A stretch of 56,280 bases of DNA from Candidatus Moraniibacteriota bacterium (lineage in GTDB: Bacteria > Patescibacteriota > Minisyncoccia > Moranbacterales > UBA1568), in assembly GCA_013334575.1 (NCBI GenBank), contig JAAXXG010000007.1:1-56280 (forward strand). The letters run 5' to 3'. A model generated the notes under the pieces. That model had not been told where the DNA came from. It did no database searches and worked only from the letters and a program-made list of their open reading frames with translations. Positions 21,386-29,240 of the stretch are shown here, piece by piece; position 1 is the first letter of the stretch; the number at the start of each line of letters is the position of its first letter. Made by a program: the position numbers and the translations under genes.

Positions 21386-21414
21386 ATCGTAAGGGAAAGT
21401 CGCCGGCTTGTCAA
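21386..21414 (-). promoter_or_regulatory. Sigma70-type promoter for rpsL-rpsG-fusA (TTGACA-17-TACGAT)
   Basis: Minus-strand TTGACA at 21414..21409 and TACGAT at 21391..21386. Same hexamers and spacing as the tuf promoter. Confidence 0.6.
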
Positions 21415-21435
21415 CAGCGGTTCCGCCGGACCGGA

Positions 21436-22158
21436 TCAGGCCATGAGTCCGAAAAAGAAACCGAGCGCCAGGTCGAGAACCGCCGAGACCGGAGCCGGGA
21501 AGAGGAACAGGACCGCGATAAGAATCATGAGTCCGTACCGCTCGAACCAGAGGATCGTCTCCTCCCGAAAGGAGAACACGGCATACATGACCTTGGACCC
21601 GTCCAGAGGCGGGATCGGTAACAGATTGAAGAACGCGAGCAGCACGTTCCAGAAGACGATAAAGAAACAGATACCGAAGACCACGTTCGGGACCGATCCG
21701 GAAAGCGCATCGGAAAACGCGCCCCATCGAGACAAGAAATCGCCCTGTCCCGACAACGCGACGGCGAACCGCGCGAAGATCTCGTGACGGACCGCCGTCG
21801 TGACCGGGAGGATGCGGGCGAGAACGACCGCCACGGTCGCCAGCACGATGTTCGAAAGCGGTCCGGCGAGCGAGACGAACGCCGGCCCCCACTTCTGGTT
21901 CCTGAGATTGTACGGATTGTACGGAACCGGCTTCGCCCAGCCGAACGACATGCCGGTAAGCAGGAAGAGCGTGATCGGCACGACGACGGAACCCATCGGG
22001 TCGATGTGTTTGAGCGGATTGAGATTGAGCCGACCGGCATACTTGGCGGTCAGGTCACCAAGCCACAGCGCCATCCATCCGTGCGACACCTCGTGGATGA
22101 TGATGGAATAGACAAGCGTCAGGAAATAGAATCCGACAAGAATAAGTTCGTTCGTCAT
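21436..22158 (-). CDS. Site-2 protease family (M50) integral membrane metalloprotease
   Basis: HEVSHG zinc motif (IIIHEVSHGWMALWLGD), multiple TM helices. The ATG at 22158 lies inside track ORF 21436..22215. Confidence 0.85.
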   Translation of the reverse strand: MTNELILVGFYFLTLVYSIIIHEVSHGWMALWLGDLTAKYAGRLNLNPLKHIDPMGSVVVPITLFLLTGMSFGWAKPVPYNPYNLRNQKWGPAFVSLAGPLSNIVLATVAVVLARILPVTTAVRHEIFARFAVALSGQGDFLSRWGAFSDALSGSVPNVVFGICFFIVFWNVLLAFFNLLPIPPLDGSKVMYAVFSFREETILWFERYGLMILIAVLFLFPAPVSAVLDLALGFFFGLMA

Positions 22159-22265
22159 ATATGTTCGGATAGGTGGGGTCCGGAAAGGCTCGGAAACGGG
22201 ATTCGCCCTTGCCATACCCGGATCTTTATGATAGCCTGCTCCCTGTAATATCTCAAGACCCGACT

Positions 22266-22445
22266 ATGAGCCGTGTGTGCCAGGTGACCGGCCGTGGAAC
22301 CCGTTCCGGAAATTCCCGCAGCCATTCAAACATCGCGACTAAGCGTACGTTCGCCGTGAACCTCCAGTCCAAGGTGATCGACGGAAAGCGCGTCCGTCTT
22401 TCCGCCAAGGCGATAAAGACTCTCGCCAAGCAGGCGGCGAAGTAA
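22266..22445 (+). CDS. rpmB: 50S ribosomal protein L28
   Basis: [29 protein letters not shown]... (59 aa). The ATG at 22266 lies inside track ORF 22173..22445. Confidence 0.92.
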   Translation: MSRVCQVTGRGTRSGNSRSHSNIATKRTFAVNLQSKVIDGKRVRLSAKAIKTLAKQAAK

Positions 22446-22462
22446 CCCGCCAGCGAGACCGG

Positions 22463-22492
22463 AACGGCTCCTCCAGGAGCCGTTTTCGTTTT
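22463..22492 (+). terminator. Intrinsic terminator of rpmB
   Basis: AACGGCTCC-tcca-GGAGCCGTT followed by TTCGTTTT. Confidence 0.8.
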
Positions 22493-22499
22493 CCCACGA

Positions 22500-22529
22500 T
22501 TGACAAGCGCTCGGAAACGGTCATATCGT
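22500..22529 (+). promoter_or_regulatory. Possible promoter of the 22.5-22.9 kb orphan unit (TTGACA-17/18-ATATCG/TATCGT)
   Basis: Good -35, weak -10. Directly after the rpmB terminator. Confidence 0.3.
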
Positions 22530-22570
22530 GATCATGTGATCGGACGTTTCATTAACAAGACCCCATCATC

Positions 22571-22852
22571 ATGCCCCTTCTTCAGGCCAACCCTCCGCAG
22601 AAACATGACCCGGACGCACCCCGAGGCGAGTACCGCCCGAAAGAGAAACCGAGCCGCACTTCGGCCCCGGCCCCCGGAAACATGAATGAAAAGAAGAAGA
22701 AAAAGCCCGACTGGCGACAGCTCGGAACCGTCTCGGCCCGAACCGAAAACCGGACAAAGGCCCGAAAGAAGAAACGCGGAAAATCGAACGGAGAAAAGTC
22801 TCCGCGATCCGTTCCGCCTTCAGATCTCGGTCGGATCTTCATGAAAAGCTGA
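22571..22852 (+). CDS. Hypothetical small, very basic, low-complexity protein (coding status uncertain)
   Basis: It is the only plus-strand ORF between a TTGACA promoter-like site (22500) and a strong plus-strand intrinsic terminator (22872..22910). No convincing SD. Sequence includes ...MNEKKKKKPDWRQ...KARKKKRGKSNGEK... Confidence 0.25.
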   Translation: MPLLQANPPQKHDPDAPRGEYRPKEKPSRTSAPAPGNMNEKKKKKPDWRQLGTVSARTENRTKARKKKRGKSNGEKSPRSVPPSDLGRIFMKS

Positions 22853-22871
22853 AGATTCCGGATTATCATCG

Positions 22872-22910
22872 GAAGCCTCCCCGTCACCGCGGGCCGAGGC
22901 TTCTTTTTTT
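22872..22910 (+). terminator. Intrinsic terminator of the orphan plus-strand unit
   Basis: GAAGCCTC...GAGGCTTC followed by T7. Confidence 0.75.
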
Positions 22911-22913
22911 ATG

Positions 22914-22945
22914 AAAAAACTCCGGAACCGTTCACGGCTCCGGAG
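22914..22945 (-). terminator. Intrinsic terminator of the acyltransferase gene
   Basis: Minus strand CTCCGGAGCCG-tgaa-CGGTTCCGGAG followed by TTTTTT. Confidence 0.8.
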
Positions 22946-22972
22946 AGACCGAACGACCATAACAGGGGTCGT

Positions 22973-23947
22973 TCATTTTTTCCTGAGATAACGCGCATAC
23001 GGACCGCGCGCTTCCTCTGTCGGAGCGAGATCCGCGATAGCGTGCATCACCGCATCGATCCCCTGTTCGTTCGGCATACCGTACAGTTTCGAGCCGGACA
23101 GAGGCGATCCGAACCGCATGGCCACCGAACCTGGTCGGATCATCCGAAGGAAGTCATAAAATCCGTCCTGCCCTGCCAACTGCTCCGGTGACGGCGGCAC
23201 GATACCTCTCGGACCGTCGAGACCGTCGAGATATGCCGGCAGAACGATCGTCCGTTCGCCCTTGTCGCCGAAACTTTTCAGCAGGTCCATGAACTCCGGC
23301 CGTCCATGCATAAGCTGGCCGAGATTGCTCCATGTGCCAGACGGATACGAGAACCAGAGACTCCGACGACCCTGATTCCTCATGCAATTCAGCATAGCCG
23401 TATTCCGCCGGCGCATGTCTGAAAATGCTTCCGTTCCGACAGCCGATTGGACATATTTCTCCCCAAACATCGTCAAGAGATCGACGCAGCGGGAAAACAT
23501 CCTGAGAAACTTCGAATCCCATATGCGCTTTCCGGCGATCCACGTCCTGTTAAGATCGAGATACGCCTTCCCGAAGAATATTCCGAGAACGTGATCCACG
23601 GCCGGCGCGTCTATGCCACCGGTATGGTTCGAAACGATGACGACGTTTCCACCGGTCCGATGGAATTCGATCGCCTTACGGAAATACTCCCCGTTTTCAA
23701 CCGAACAGGAACGGATGAGTCGCCACATGAAATACGACACCAGAGCCTTCGACGTTTCGGCTGTCGGCATGAATACCTGTGGGGTCTCGCCATCCCTCGT
23801 AAAACGTTCCTCGAAATCACTGGCAAGTTTGAACAAGCGCTTCAGCTCCTCGGCATCGGAACATGAAAGGCTAAGCCGCGCCATGATTCCCTTCATCTGT
23901 TCCGCGATATAGCCGTCATACCCGTTATTCGGATCGAATTCCGCCAT
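22973..23947 (-). CDS. Acyltransferase resembling soluble (plastid/ATS1-type) glycerol-3-phosphate acyltransferase
   Basis: Acyltransferase block I VIVSNHTGGIDAPAV (NHxxxxD) and a block III-like WFSYPSGTWS. The ATG at 23947 is preceded by a GAGGGGG SD. An alternative upstream start exists at 24079. Confidence 0.6.
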   Translation of the reverse strand: MAEFDPNNGYDGYIAEQMKGIMARLSLSCSDAEELKRLFKLASDFEERFTRDGETPQVFMPTAETSKALVSYFMWRLIRSCSVENGEYFRKAIEFHRTGGNVVIVSNHTGGIDAPAVDHVLGIFFGKAYLDLNRTWIAGKRIWDSKFLRMFSRCVDLLTMFGEKYVQSAVGTEAFSDMRRRNTAMLNCMRNQGRRSLWFSYPSGTWSNLGQLMHGRPEFMDLLKSFGDKGERTIVLPAYLDGLDGPRGIVPPSPEQLAGQDGFYDFLRMIRPGSVAMRFGSPLSGSKLYGMPNEQGIDAVMHAIADLAPTEEARGPYARYLRKK

Positions 23948-24111
23948 GACCACCCCCTCTTCTGGTTGATTTATTAACGAAACCGTTTCTCCCTGTGTAG
24001 CGTTTATGAGCCATCCCGTCAACAACGGGACCGACGAGAACAGCCTCATTCCGCCTTTCGGAATATCCCGGGTCGGCATATACTGACAGCATCAACCATA
24101 AAGAAGATGCT

Positions 24112-24474
24112 ATGAAATTCGATTTTGAAAGAATATATGGCGAAAACGGACAAGAAAAAGATCCGCTGAAGCGAAGCGTCCATGATGCCGTACTGGACGA
24201 AACCCGTCGGAACGAGAAAGCTCGCGAGGAGGGTCGGCGTCTCGGCGAAGAGGCAGCTCCAGGAATCGCGAAGTCGATACTTGAGTCCGTATCATCCCTT
24301 TCTCCGGAAACAAGGAAGGCCTACGAAGACCTCACCGCAAACGGCGCACAGCGAGATCGGGTCGAAACGTTTATCGACCGGACACCGACGCATGAACTGC
24401 TCAAAAAGATCGAGGCCGGAGAGATTCCTCTCCCGAAAAATATCGCGCGCGGCTCGGGTCAGAAACACGATTGA
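24112..24474 (+). CDS. Hypothetical protein (120 aa, charged/helical)
   Basis: Single plausible ORF; no recognisable motif. Confidence 0.5.
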   Translation: MKFDFERIYGENGQEKDPLKRSVHDAVLDETRRNEKAREEGRRLGEEAAPGIAKSILESVSSLSPETRKAYEDLTANGAQRDRVETFIDRTPTHELLKKIEAGEIPLPKNIARGSGQKHD

Positions 24475-24605
24475 ATACGGACGCCAGACTCCGAACCGCA
24501 GCCAATACGTGCGGTAATAGTTTATGAAAAGAAGAAAGAGGCGTGCCGTTCGGCTCGCCTCCTCTTTCACTACATTTTTCCCTGGTATCCTTCAGCTCTC
24601 CATTA

Positions 24606-24992
24606 TCACGGAGTCCGAAGTGCCTGCTCCGCGAGTCGTGCACTGACCACGGAATCAGAATTCGTGACCGGAAATAATGCGCGGCACGAATCCGTGACGA
24701 GCCCAGGGTAATCCGCGTAAAGCGACAGCAGCGCCTTACAGAACCGATCGGGCGGGGCCTCAATAGAACGCGATTTGAAAGATGGGGGAAATTCGATCCG
24801 GACCACGTCGATTGCCGACTCAATACCGGCCGGGAAGCGACATGACCCGTCAAGCGAAACATATACCCCCGTTTTATCCCGCCCACCTACCACAAGTCTG
24901 ATCGGGCTATTCGGCAATACGACCATCACGGTCACAGCCGACGGCCCGAGCTGTGAATAGCACTCTTTACGAAGATAACCTTTTATTTTCAT
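24606..24992 (-). CDS. Hypothetical protein (128 aa)
   Basis: ATG preceded by AAAGGAGCGTCT (good SD). Protein-like composition; no recognised motif. Confidence 0.6.
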   Translation of the reverse strand: MKIKGYLRKECYSQLGPSAVTVMVVLPNSPIRLVVGGRDKTGVYVSLDGSCRFPAGIESAIDVVRIEFPPSFKSRSIEAPPDRFCKALLSLYADYPGLVTDSCRALFPVTNSDSVVSARLAEQALRTP

Positions 24993-25035
24993 AGACGCTC
25001 CTTTTCGTCTATAGGGTTGAAAAAATGAAAGAACA

Positions 25036-25056
25036 GAACCGCCACCATAGCGGTTC
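25036..25056. terminator. Hairpin terminator after the hydrogenase operon (T-rich on both sides)
   Basis: GAACCGC-caccata-GCGGTTC. Minus strand is followed by TGTTCTTTCATTTTT. Confidence 0.6.
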
Positions 25057-25084
25057 TTTATTCTAACACGGATTTAGAAAGGAG

Positions 25085-25633
25085 TCAATCCTCTCGAAAA
25101 ACGCCTTTCGCAAGCCTCAGGATAGGATAGGCAACGACCGCGCCAGCAAGCGCCGTCGCGAGCTGAAGCCATCCGAACATGGTCGGGACCTTCGCGGCGA
25201 TCGGCAGGCCGCGGAACAGCGTCACCGAGAACGAGAGCCCGACAGCAAGCAGCAGAGCCGACTTGGCAATCGCCGAAAGCGCGGCTACGGCGGGGAATGA
25301 CCAGTTTCTCCGGAAACCGAGATCGGCAAGGAAGACAAGAAGAAGGTTGCCCGCCATGATGAACGGGACCATGGACGCGAATACGATCGGCAACTGCCCC
25401 GTCGAGATCGCTACCAGGCTTGGAACGGTCGCGAGAAGGTACGATTCCTTCCGCATCCCGAAGAATGCGGCCGACAGGAAAAGTGCCGCGTTCACGAACG
25501 AACCGGTAACCGGCTGCGAGAACACCAAGGGCGACGTAAGCGCGAGCGCCAGGAGAAACGCGAACCGGAACAGGTCGGTCGTCCCCGCCCGGTCGAACGA
25601 TATCGCTTCCACCTCCGAAGATTCCCTAATCAT
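25085..25633 (-). CDS. Small polytopic membrane protein (ECF S-component-like topology), co-transcribed with the hydrogenase
   Basis: 182 aa with about 5 hydrophobic helices. Its start overlaps the hydrogenase stop by 8 nt. The family assignment is a guess. Confidence 0.6.
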   Translation of the reverse strand: MIRESSEVEAISFDRAGTTDLFRFAFLLALALTSPLVFSQPVTGSFVNAALFLSAAFFGMRKESYLLATVPSLVAISTGQLPIVFASMVPFIMAGNLLLVFLADLGFRRNWSFPAVAALSAIAKSALLLAVGLSFSVTLFRGLPIAAKVPTMFGWLQLATALAGAVVAYPILRLAKGVFRED

Positions 25634-27335
25634 ATTGTTTCGAATCGGTTAACGGTTTCACCTCCGTCCGATCGCGCTTCGCGTACCGGGTATGGAGCAC
25701 CTTCTTCCGGGTCGCCTCGTCCCGGAAAAACTCGCTGTAGACGCGATGCACCGCGGCATTGCGATGCGCCACGCGGAGCGTCTTCGAACGGTCGATCGAA
25801 TACAGCCCCTCGGACCGCTTCCGAACCGCGTCACGGGTCGTCGGGATCGGCTGCCCTCCGCCGCCGATGCAGCCACCCGGACAGGCCATCACCTCGACCG
25901 CATCATACTTTCCGGGATTCTCGCGCAATTCGCCAAGCACCACGTCCGCATTCCGGACGCCGCTCACCACGCAGATACGGACCGCCCGGTCCCCGATCGC
26001 GATTTCCATCTCTTTGCGACCGTCGATACCGCGAACCGCCTTCATCGCCCCGTCGGGAAGCTCCTCCTTCGTGAGAAGGTAGTATGCCGTTCGGAACGCC
26101 GACTCGAACACGCCGCCCGAAGAACCGTAGATGACACCAGCCCCCGACGGCGATCCGAAGGGATCGTCGGCTTCCTCCGGCGGGAGTGCGGAAAGATCGA
26201 TGCCGCGTTTCTTGAGAAGCCGGGCGAGTTCCCGGGTCGTGAGCACCCGGTCGACCGGAAGCCGGCCATCGATACGCATCTCCTCCCGCGCGGCCTCCCC
26301 CTTCTTCGCGACGCACGGCATGATGGAGACCATCTCGATATCTCCGGGATCGACACCCGCCACTTTGCTCCAGTATTCCTTCACGATGCCGCCAAGCATG
26401 ATCTGCGGCGACCGGGAACTGCAAAGGTTCGGAACGAACTCCGGATGGAAAAACTCGACGAACCGGACCCAGGCCGGACAACACGAGGTCATCGCGGGAA
26501 GCGGTCCGCCCGAAAGGACCCGTTCCGCAACCTCCGCCGCCTCCTCCATCGTGGTAAAGTCGGCGCCGGCCGCGGTGTCGAAGACGTACGCGAACCCGAG
26601 TTTCCGGAGCGCGGCGACGAGCTGTCCCGTCGTGACGGTTCCCGGCTCCATGCCGAACTCTTCGCCGATACTCGTCCGGATCGACGGAGCGAACTGCGCG
26701 ACCATGACCTTTTTTCCTTCCGAAAAGACCCTCTCGAGTTCCTCGAACTCGCCCGCCCCCTCGATCGCACCCACCGGACAGTGTAGGATGCACTGTCCGC
26801 AGTTTATGCAATCGACCTCCGGATCGTTCGAAAGCGTCACCTTCCCGGTCGCAGGATCGACCGACAGGTATCCGGTCGGACAGACACGAACGCAGTTCCC
26901 GCAGCCGATACACTTGGTCTGGTCGAACACGACGACGCCGGCACGCGACACTACCTCTTCAGCCGTCCGCTTGGCACCGGGCTTCGCGCCGAATTCCCGA
27001 ACGAGCTCCAAAAGCCGGCACTTCTGTAGGAACACGCAGTCGTCGCACTCGAGCACATGTCTTCCAAGCAGCTTCTCGAGGTTCCGCTTCCGTTCGGCAG
27101 TCAACGACTCGGAGATCGTCGAGATCTCCATCCCCTCCTCGCAGGGCGTCGCGCACGCGCGTACGGACCCCTCACGTCCCGCGACCGAGACGACACACAT
27201 CCCGCAGGTTCCCGAGGATGGCAGATCCGGATGATTGCACAGGGTCGGAATCGCGATTCCTGCTTCCCGCGCCGCCTCGAGAATCGACACCCCTTCCTTG
27301 GCATCGACAACGCTCCCATCGATCGTAATTCTCAT
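25626..27335 (-). CDS. hydA: [FeFe]-hydrogenase catalytic subunit, M3 architecture (2Fe-2S + His-ligated 4Fe-4S + 2x[4Fe-4S] + H-cluster)
   Basis: H-cluster signatures TSCCPAW, MPCVAKKGEA and EVMACPGGCIGGGGQP. Ferredoxin motifs CIGCGNCVRVCP and CINCGQCILHCP. N-terminal 2Fe-2S segment CNHPDLPSSGTCGMC. Confidence 0.93.
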   Translation of the reverse strand: MRITIDGSVVDAKEGVSILEAAREAGIAIPTLCNHPDLPSSGTCGMCVVSVAGREGSVRACATPCEEGMEISTISESLTAERKRNLEKLLGRHVLECDDCVFLQKCRLLELVREFGAKPGAKRTAEEVVSRAGVVVFDQTKCIGCGNCVRVCPTGYLSVDPATGKVTLSNDPEVDCINCGQCILHCPVGAIEGAGEFEELERVFSEGKKVMVAQFAPSIRTSIGEEFGMEPGTVTTGQLVAALRKLGFAYVFDTAAGADFTTMEEAAEVAERVLSGGPLPAMTSCCPAWVRFVEFFHPEFVPNLCSSRSPQIMLGGIVKEYWSKVAGVDPGDIEMVSIMPCVAKKGEAAREEMRIDGRLPVDRVLTTRELARLLKKRGIDLSALPPEEADDPFGSPSGAGVIYGSSGGVFESAFRTAYYLLTKEELPDGAMKAVRGIDGRKEMEIAIGDRAVRICVVSGVRNADVVLGELRENPGKYDAVEVMACPGGCIGGGGQPIPTTRDAVRKRSEGLYSIDRSKTLRVAHRNAAVHRVYSEFFRDEATRKKVLHTRYAKRDRTEVKPLTDSKQYD

Positions 27336-27361
27336 ATCGGATCGGCTCCGGATTCGCTTCC

Positions 27362-27389
27362 ATTATACCGTGGAAACGGGAGAGTTCAA
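27362..27389 (-). promoter_or_regulatory. Promoter for the hydrogenase operon (TTGAAC-16-TATAAT)
   Basis: Minus-strand hexamers read directly. About 26 nt upstream of the hydA ATG. Confidence 0.55.
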
Positions 27390-27390
27390 A

Positions 27391-27429
27391 GAAAAAATGA
27401 GGTCGCCCTATCGATGTATGGCGACCTCA
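27391..27429 (-). terminator. Intrinsic terminator of the L,D-transpeptidase gene
   Basis: 10-bp stem TGAGGTCGCC/GGCGACCTCA followed by TTTTTTC on the minus strand. Confidence 0.8.
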
Positions 27430-27432
27430 CGG

Positions 27433-28164
27433 TCATTCGTCCAGGTAGATGACTTTCGGTCGGTCCCGAAGCGTCAGGAATATCGGTTTCGTCGGTCGGC
27501 TTCCGATTTCGGACAGCAGTGCCCCCATATCGTACCCGTTCTGAAACAAGACGACCTCCTCCATCGCGATCATATCCGATTTCCGCATGCGGACGCAGCC
27601 GTTCGTCTGACGGTTCGGCGCCGCCTCGCTGATTTCCGCCTCATGCTCGGGAGTCGTCGCATGAAGACCGAGTTCACCGTTCCCTCCGATGAGGAAATAG
27701 AGCTTGAACCCGCCAAGTGGATTTCCCTTCGCGCCCGGAGCACTCGGCCTTGGCGGCCGTTTTCCGCTCCGTATCGCCCGCCGGATCATACCGCTCGTCG
27801 GAGTCCACGACGGATTGAGCGCCGCCTTCGTCACCTCTCCAACCCTCGAATACGGAAGCGCCCTCGAAAGCGTTCCCTTCATGGCGGTCGCGACCACATA
27901 TTCCCGGGAAACCCGTTTGCCCGATTCGTCACGACCGATGACAAGAAGGCGCGAAGACCTGACCCGTACCTTGAAACTGTCGATTCTGGCGAACCGGACG
28001 ATTTCGGATGCGATGTCGCTCCCGTTTCGCGCTGGGAGCGTCGAAACCGGAACCCGCCTTTAACGGTCGCCTTCATCGGTCCGATTTGTCGCATCCCGAG
28101 CGGTCCCGCAAGCGGAAAGAAGGGCAAGCGAAATACAGATGGCCATTCGATGCGTTCCGTTCAT
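27433..28164 (-). pseudogene. L,D-transpeptidase (YkuD) lipoprotein gene interrupted by one in-frame TAA (28060..28062)
   Basis: ATG at 28164 with a GGGAGGAATACCC SD encodes the lipobox signal peptide MNGTHRMAICISLALLSAC|GT.... After 34 codons comes TAA. The same frame then stays open for 208 codons to the YkuD catalytic motif HATTPEHEAEISEAAPNRQTNGCVRM. The track shows only the GTG-started 27433..27897 part. Confidence 0.75.
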
Positions 28165-28228
28165 GGGTATTCCTCCCGTATATGGTTAATAGTTCTACAA
28201 GCTTCCGGTTGACAAAGATCGAAGAGCC

Positions 28229-28257
28229 AGCATAAGACAGGATGGACAGGTCGTCAA
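28229..28257 (-). promoter_or_regulatory. Promoter for the interrupted L,D-transpeptidase gene (TTGACG-17-TATGCT)
   Basis: Minus-strand hexamers read directly. About 60 nt upstream of the ATG at 28164. Confidence 0.5.
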
Positions 28258-28261
28258 CTTT

Positions 28262-28304
28262 GAATGAAAAGGAAAGGGGCCCGATTAAAATCGGTCCCCT
28301 TTCC
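28262..28304 (-). terminator. Intrinsic terminator after tRNA-Pro
   Basis: 15-bp stem (1 mismatch) GGAAAGGGGACCGAT-ttta-ATCGGGCCCCTTTCC followed by TTTTCATTC. Confidence 0.75.
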
Positions 28305-28414
28305 GGATACCTGGCTGTCGGGCACCGTCCGACATATGCCCGCACCGATCACGCAGTTTGTCCCGGAACCACCGGGCGCACTCTCACCGGTACTGCCGCT
28401 ACGTTTTTTCCTTG

Positions 28415-28485
28415 TCGGGCCGTCGGGAATCGAACCCGAACTACATGCACCCCATGCATGCGTACTACCACTATACTACGGCCCG
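28415..28485 (-). tRNA. tRNA-Pro (anticodon GGG), CCA not encoded
   Basis: Hand-folded cloverleaf: CGGGCCG/TA/GTAT-AGTGGTA-GTAC/G/CATGC-ATGGGGT-GCATG/TAGT/TCGGG-TTCGATT-CCCGA/CGGCCCG/A. Seven perfect acceptor pairs, U33, G37, TTCGATT T-loop. Confidence 0.9.
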
Positions 28486-28551
28486 AAGTCCCGCAATGCG
28501 GGACGGAGCCCGGCGAATGCCGGGCGGTAATTCCCGAACTGAATCCTCCGA

Positions 28552-29166
28552 CTATTCCAAGATCCCGTCAAGGTTCACGTCGTAGAGGATCGCCTCCTGG
28601 AGATGACGATAGGAAAGCAGTTCTTCCTTCCGAAACCAGATCGGAATCTCCTTTTCCGCTTCCTCGGTATTTCCGGACGCATGGATAAGGTTGCGGATCG
28701 AGCGGCTGTCCACGTCCGATATCTGATACGAGTCCACCGTGAAATCGCCTCGGATCGTACCGACGTCGCTCGACATCGGCTCGGTCGAGCCGGTGATCTT
28801 CCGGATGACGCCGACCGCCCCGTTCCCCTCCCACACCATGGCCACGACCGGCCCGGCGGACAGATAGGTCGCATTCGCCTTCAAGATCGCCAGACCGTTC
28901 TCGCGGTACGTGGCGAACGGCGACTTCTGACCTTTCTTCGCATACGCCGCAGCCGCTTTCTCACCGACGGCCTCAAGCCACTCCTCGCCGCCGACCATAT
29001 AGTGTTCGGTCGCCATCTCGGGCGTCGGGACGAGCATCTTCATCGCGACAAGCTTGAGTCCCGTCCGCTCATACCGGCGGACGATCTCGCCGATAAGCGA
29101 CCGCTGCACGCCGTCGGGCTTTATGACGACGAGCGTCCGTTCCTTCTTGGGATGCGCCTGCTCCAT
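28552..29166 (-). CDS. ndk: Nucleoside-diphosphate kinase (long form with internal insertion)
   Basis: RTLVVIKPDGVQRSLIGEIVRRYE, GPVVAMVWEG, GTIRGDF and IHASGN motifs. 204 aa versus about 140-150 typical. Confidence 0.9.
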   Translation of the reverse strand: MEQAHPKKERTLVVIKPDGVQRSLIGEIVRRYERTGLKLVAMKMLVPTPEMATEHYMVGGEEWLEAVGEKAAAAYAKKGQKSPFATYRENGLAILKANATYLSAGPVVAMVWEGNGAVGVIRKITGSTEPMSSDVGTIRGDFTVDSYQISDVDSRSIRNLIHASGNTEEAEKEIPIWFRKEELLSYRHLQEAILYDVNLDGILE

Positions 29167-29240
29167 ATCGGTTCCGTTTACCGGTTATGTCGTTCTTCCT
29201 ATTGGTAGCACGGGAAAGGGAAAGAATCAACCAACCGCCA

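Noticed and set aside
22500-22910. tmRNA, RNase P RNA, SRP RNA or 6S RNA in the orphan unit.
   Set aside because: I could not find a tRNA-like acceptor/T-arm with a tag ORF, a GAGGAAAGUCC-type P4 motif, or an SRP domain IV motif. This cannot be excluded without covariance models.
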